DNA from: Lama glama
Taxonomy: Eukaryota
Direction of reading: 5' to 3'
Length of the DNA: 63,713 bases
Assembly: GCA_028534125.1 (NCBI GenBank)
Contig: CM052817.1
Span: 6,388,288-6,452,000 of the forward strand
The translations under genes and the position numbers were made by a program. This document shows positions 62,101 through 63,713 of the stretch, piece after piece. The first letter of the stretch is position 1. Every line of letters starts with the position of its first letter. The notes under the pieces were generated by a model. That model was given only the letters and a program-made list of their open reading frames with translations. It searched no databases and was not told the origin of the DNA.

Positions 62101-63713
62101 TTATGAAATCACCAATCCTTCAAACAGCCTCCATCCATCCTTCTGTTCTTCTGGACACCCCGTGGTCTGCCAAATCCTGGCCCGTTGATGCTCCAAGAGC
62201 TCCTTACATTCCACCTTTTACACTTTTGCTCACATGGGAAGCAGATACTCCATGCAACTCTATTGTATTGAATAAAAGTACATTGAGTTGAAATGAAGCA
62301 TGTAGTAATTTTAATTTTATGGTTTAGAAAGGGCTTGATCTGGACAACTTAGGAAAAGGATTTTCATGGTAACCAAACATGGTGATCCAGTTAATGCCAA
62401 CAAACCCAGCTACTCTGTTGCGTGCTCCCTGGATGCCTGAGGGAAGTGTGCTTTGATGAAATGTGGCATTGCATGGTACAATAAAAGGGCACCGTATGGT
62501 GCCTGAGACTAACCTGGATGTGGCTCCTTGCTCTTTAACTTTCCAGATGCTGATGGCGAACATATCGCTGATCCTCCCTACAGCTTGGTTTTCTTAGTCA
62601 TTAAATAGGAATATTTTCTACTTGATTTATAGTTCATCTTATTTGATAAACAAATGAGAAATGAATGAGATCATGAGTGGGACGAGTTTTGTAAACCAGA
62701 AACTCTTGCAGTTGTAGGAGTTAGGTGTTCTGCCAACCAGTACCGTGCCTGACACATATTGCAAGTTTCATAAATGTCTACAGAAGAAATGCTCTTGGAG
62801 ATGTGTATTTTGTTTGGCTCCAGTTCCTCCCACAAAGCGTTACCAGCCCTTCCTTGGCCAGTGCTGTGCATTTCTGGCAGCAGCACAAAGACGTGGACTT
62901 TCTCATTCTGCTTTTAGTTTCATACATTGTGTATGAAAAAAGTAGTTTACCTTGAACAATTTCCAGGAAAACAACTAAATGAAATCATGATTCATTGCCC
63001 TATTATATTACGCCTCTAAAATTGCATTTTATTTATGAAGAAAGATTTCTTAAGCAATTTGGTCATTAACAGTAAGAATGTTGCTTCTTTTTAAAAACAG
63101 AGATTTCCACTAGTACGTACTGTAATAGATCTCCGGACGTCTCCAACCGAGCACTGAAACATTGTAATGAAATAATCTGTGTTTTTATTGTGTTCAATAT
63201 TTGCATTGACTTAATCTTATAAATCAAGTTTTTTATTTACCTTTTTAAATTTGCATATTCTACCTTATTTTATTCTTTTCAAGTTTCATTTATTCCAATA
63301 CTTTGCAAACAACTATAATTACAATAATAATAGCATGATAACAATCGTAACGACATTAATGAAAGCCAACGCTAAGTAGAACTTACTATATCCCCAGTAC
63401 TCTTCCAAGTATTTCAACTTTTTTATTCTTATTTTTTTGTATTTACCTCAACATAAGCTCCATGAGGGCAAGCTCCGAGGCTGACTTGCTCACTCACTGA
63501 GAAATCATTAAATGACCTCATTACGTGCACACTAATTTCAAGTGTCGACCAGCCCTCCGTGACATACCAGTAATGAGCTGATTACAATTATAGCATTTTT
63601 CCAGCAGAGCGGGTCTAGTAGGACCAGTACTTGCCAAACTTCATAAGCAGTTAATTGCTAAATGTTCTTGAAACTACTATCAATAAAATTTAACGTAATA
63701 TGTCACTTTACAG

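Noticed and set aside
62480..62503. AATAAA followed by a GGCACC-gtat-GGTGCC hairpin as a terminator or histone-like stem-loop
   Set aside because: A 6-bp stem is expected by chance, the sequence does not match the histone stem-loop consensus, and there is no upstream gene.
1..63713. The ~200 short six-frame ORFs as host genes
   Set aside because: All are 154 aa or shorter and many start at non-ATG codons. The recognisable ones are L1 ORF2 or ERV-L remnants or low-complexity translations, and none resembles a cellular protein I know. Small exons cannot be fully excluded without alignment.
1..63713. CRISPR array, operon or other prokaryotic-type system
   Set aside because: The sequence is clearly mammalian, and there are no regularly spaced repeat-spacer units.

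Overview
AT-rich, CpG-depleted placental-mammal genomic DNA, most likely from a camelid, judged from a tRNA-Ala-derived vic-1-type SINE at 61477. I found no host protein-coding exon, intact RNA gene, CpG island or CRISPR array, so the window reads as intergenic DNA or part of a large intron. A large share is transposon debris: several L1 3' fragments (one with an 18-bp TSD), L2 and MIR relics, many MaLR (MLT1) LTRs, three ERV1-type solo LTRs, an LTR33-like LTR, a full-length MER45B-like hAT element and a Tigger1 end. The richest feature is a ~2.8-kb decayed ERV-L (ERV3-16A3-like) internal region at ~27255-30065, with recognisable gag, RNase H and dUTPase remnants. The best candidate functional signals are a dense TCF/LEF site cluster (7199-7420), an ERV1 LTR with adjacent GC and CCAAT boxes, two canonical G-quadruplex motifs, perfect hairpins inside the ERV-L gag relic and an inverted L1 pair. 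Repeat family names come from remembered consensus sequences, not a database search, and boundaries are approximate unless a TSD is given. I see no convincing evidence of a novel multi-gene system.
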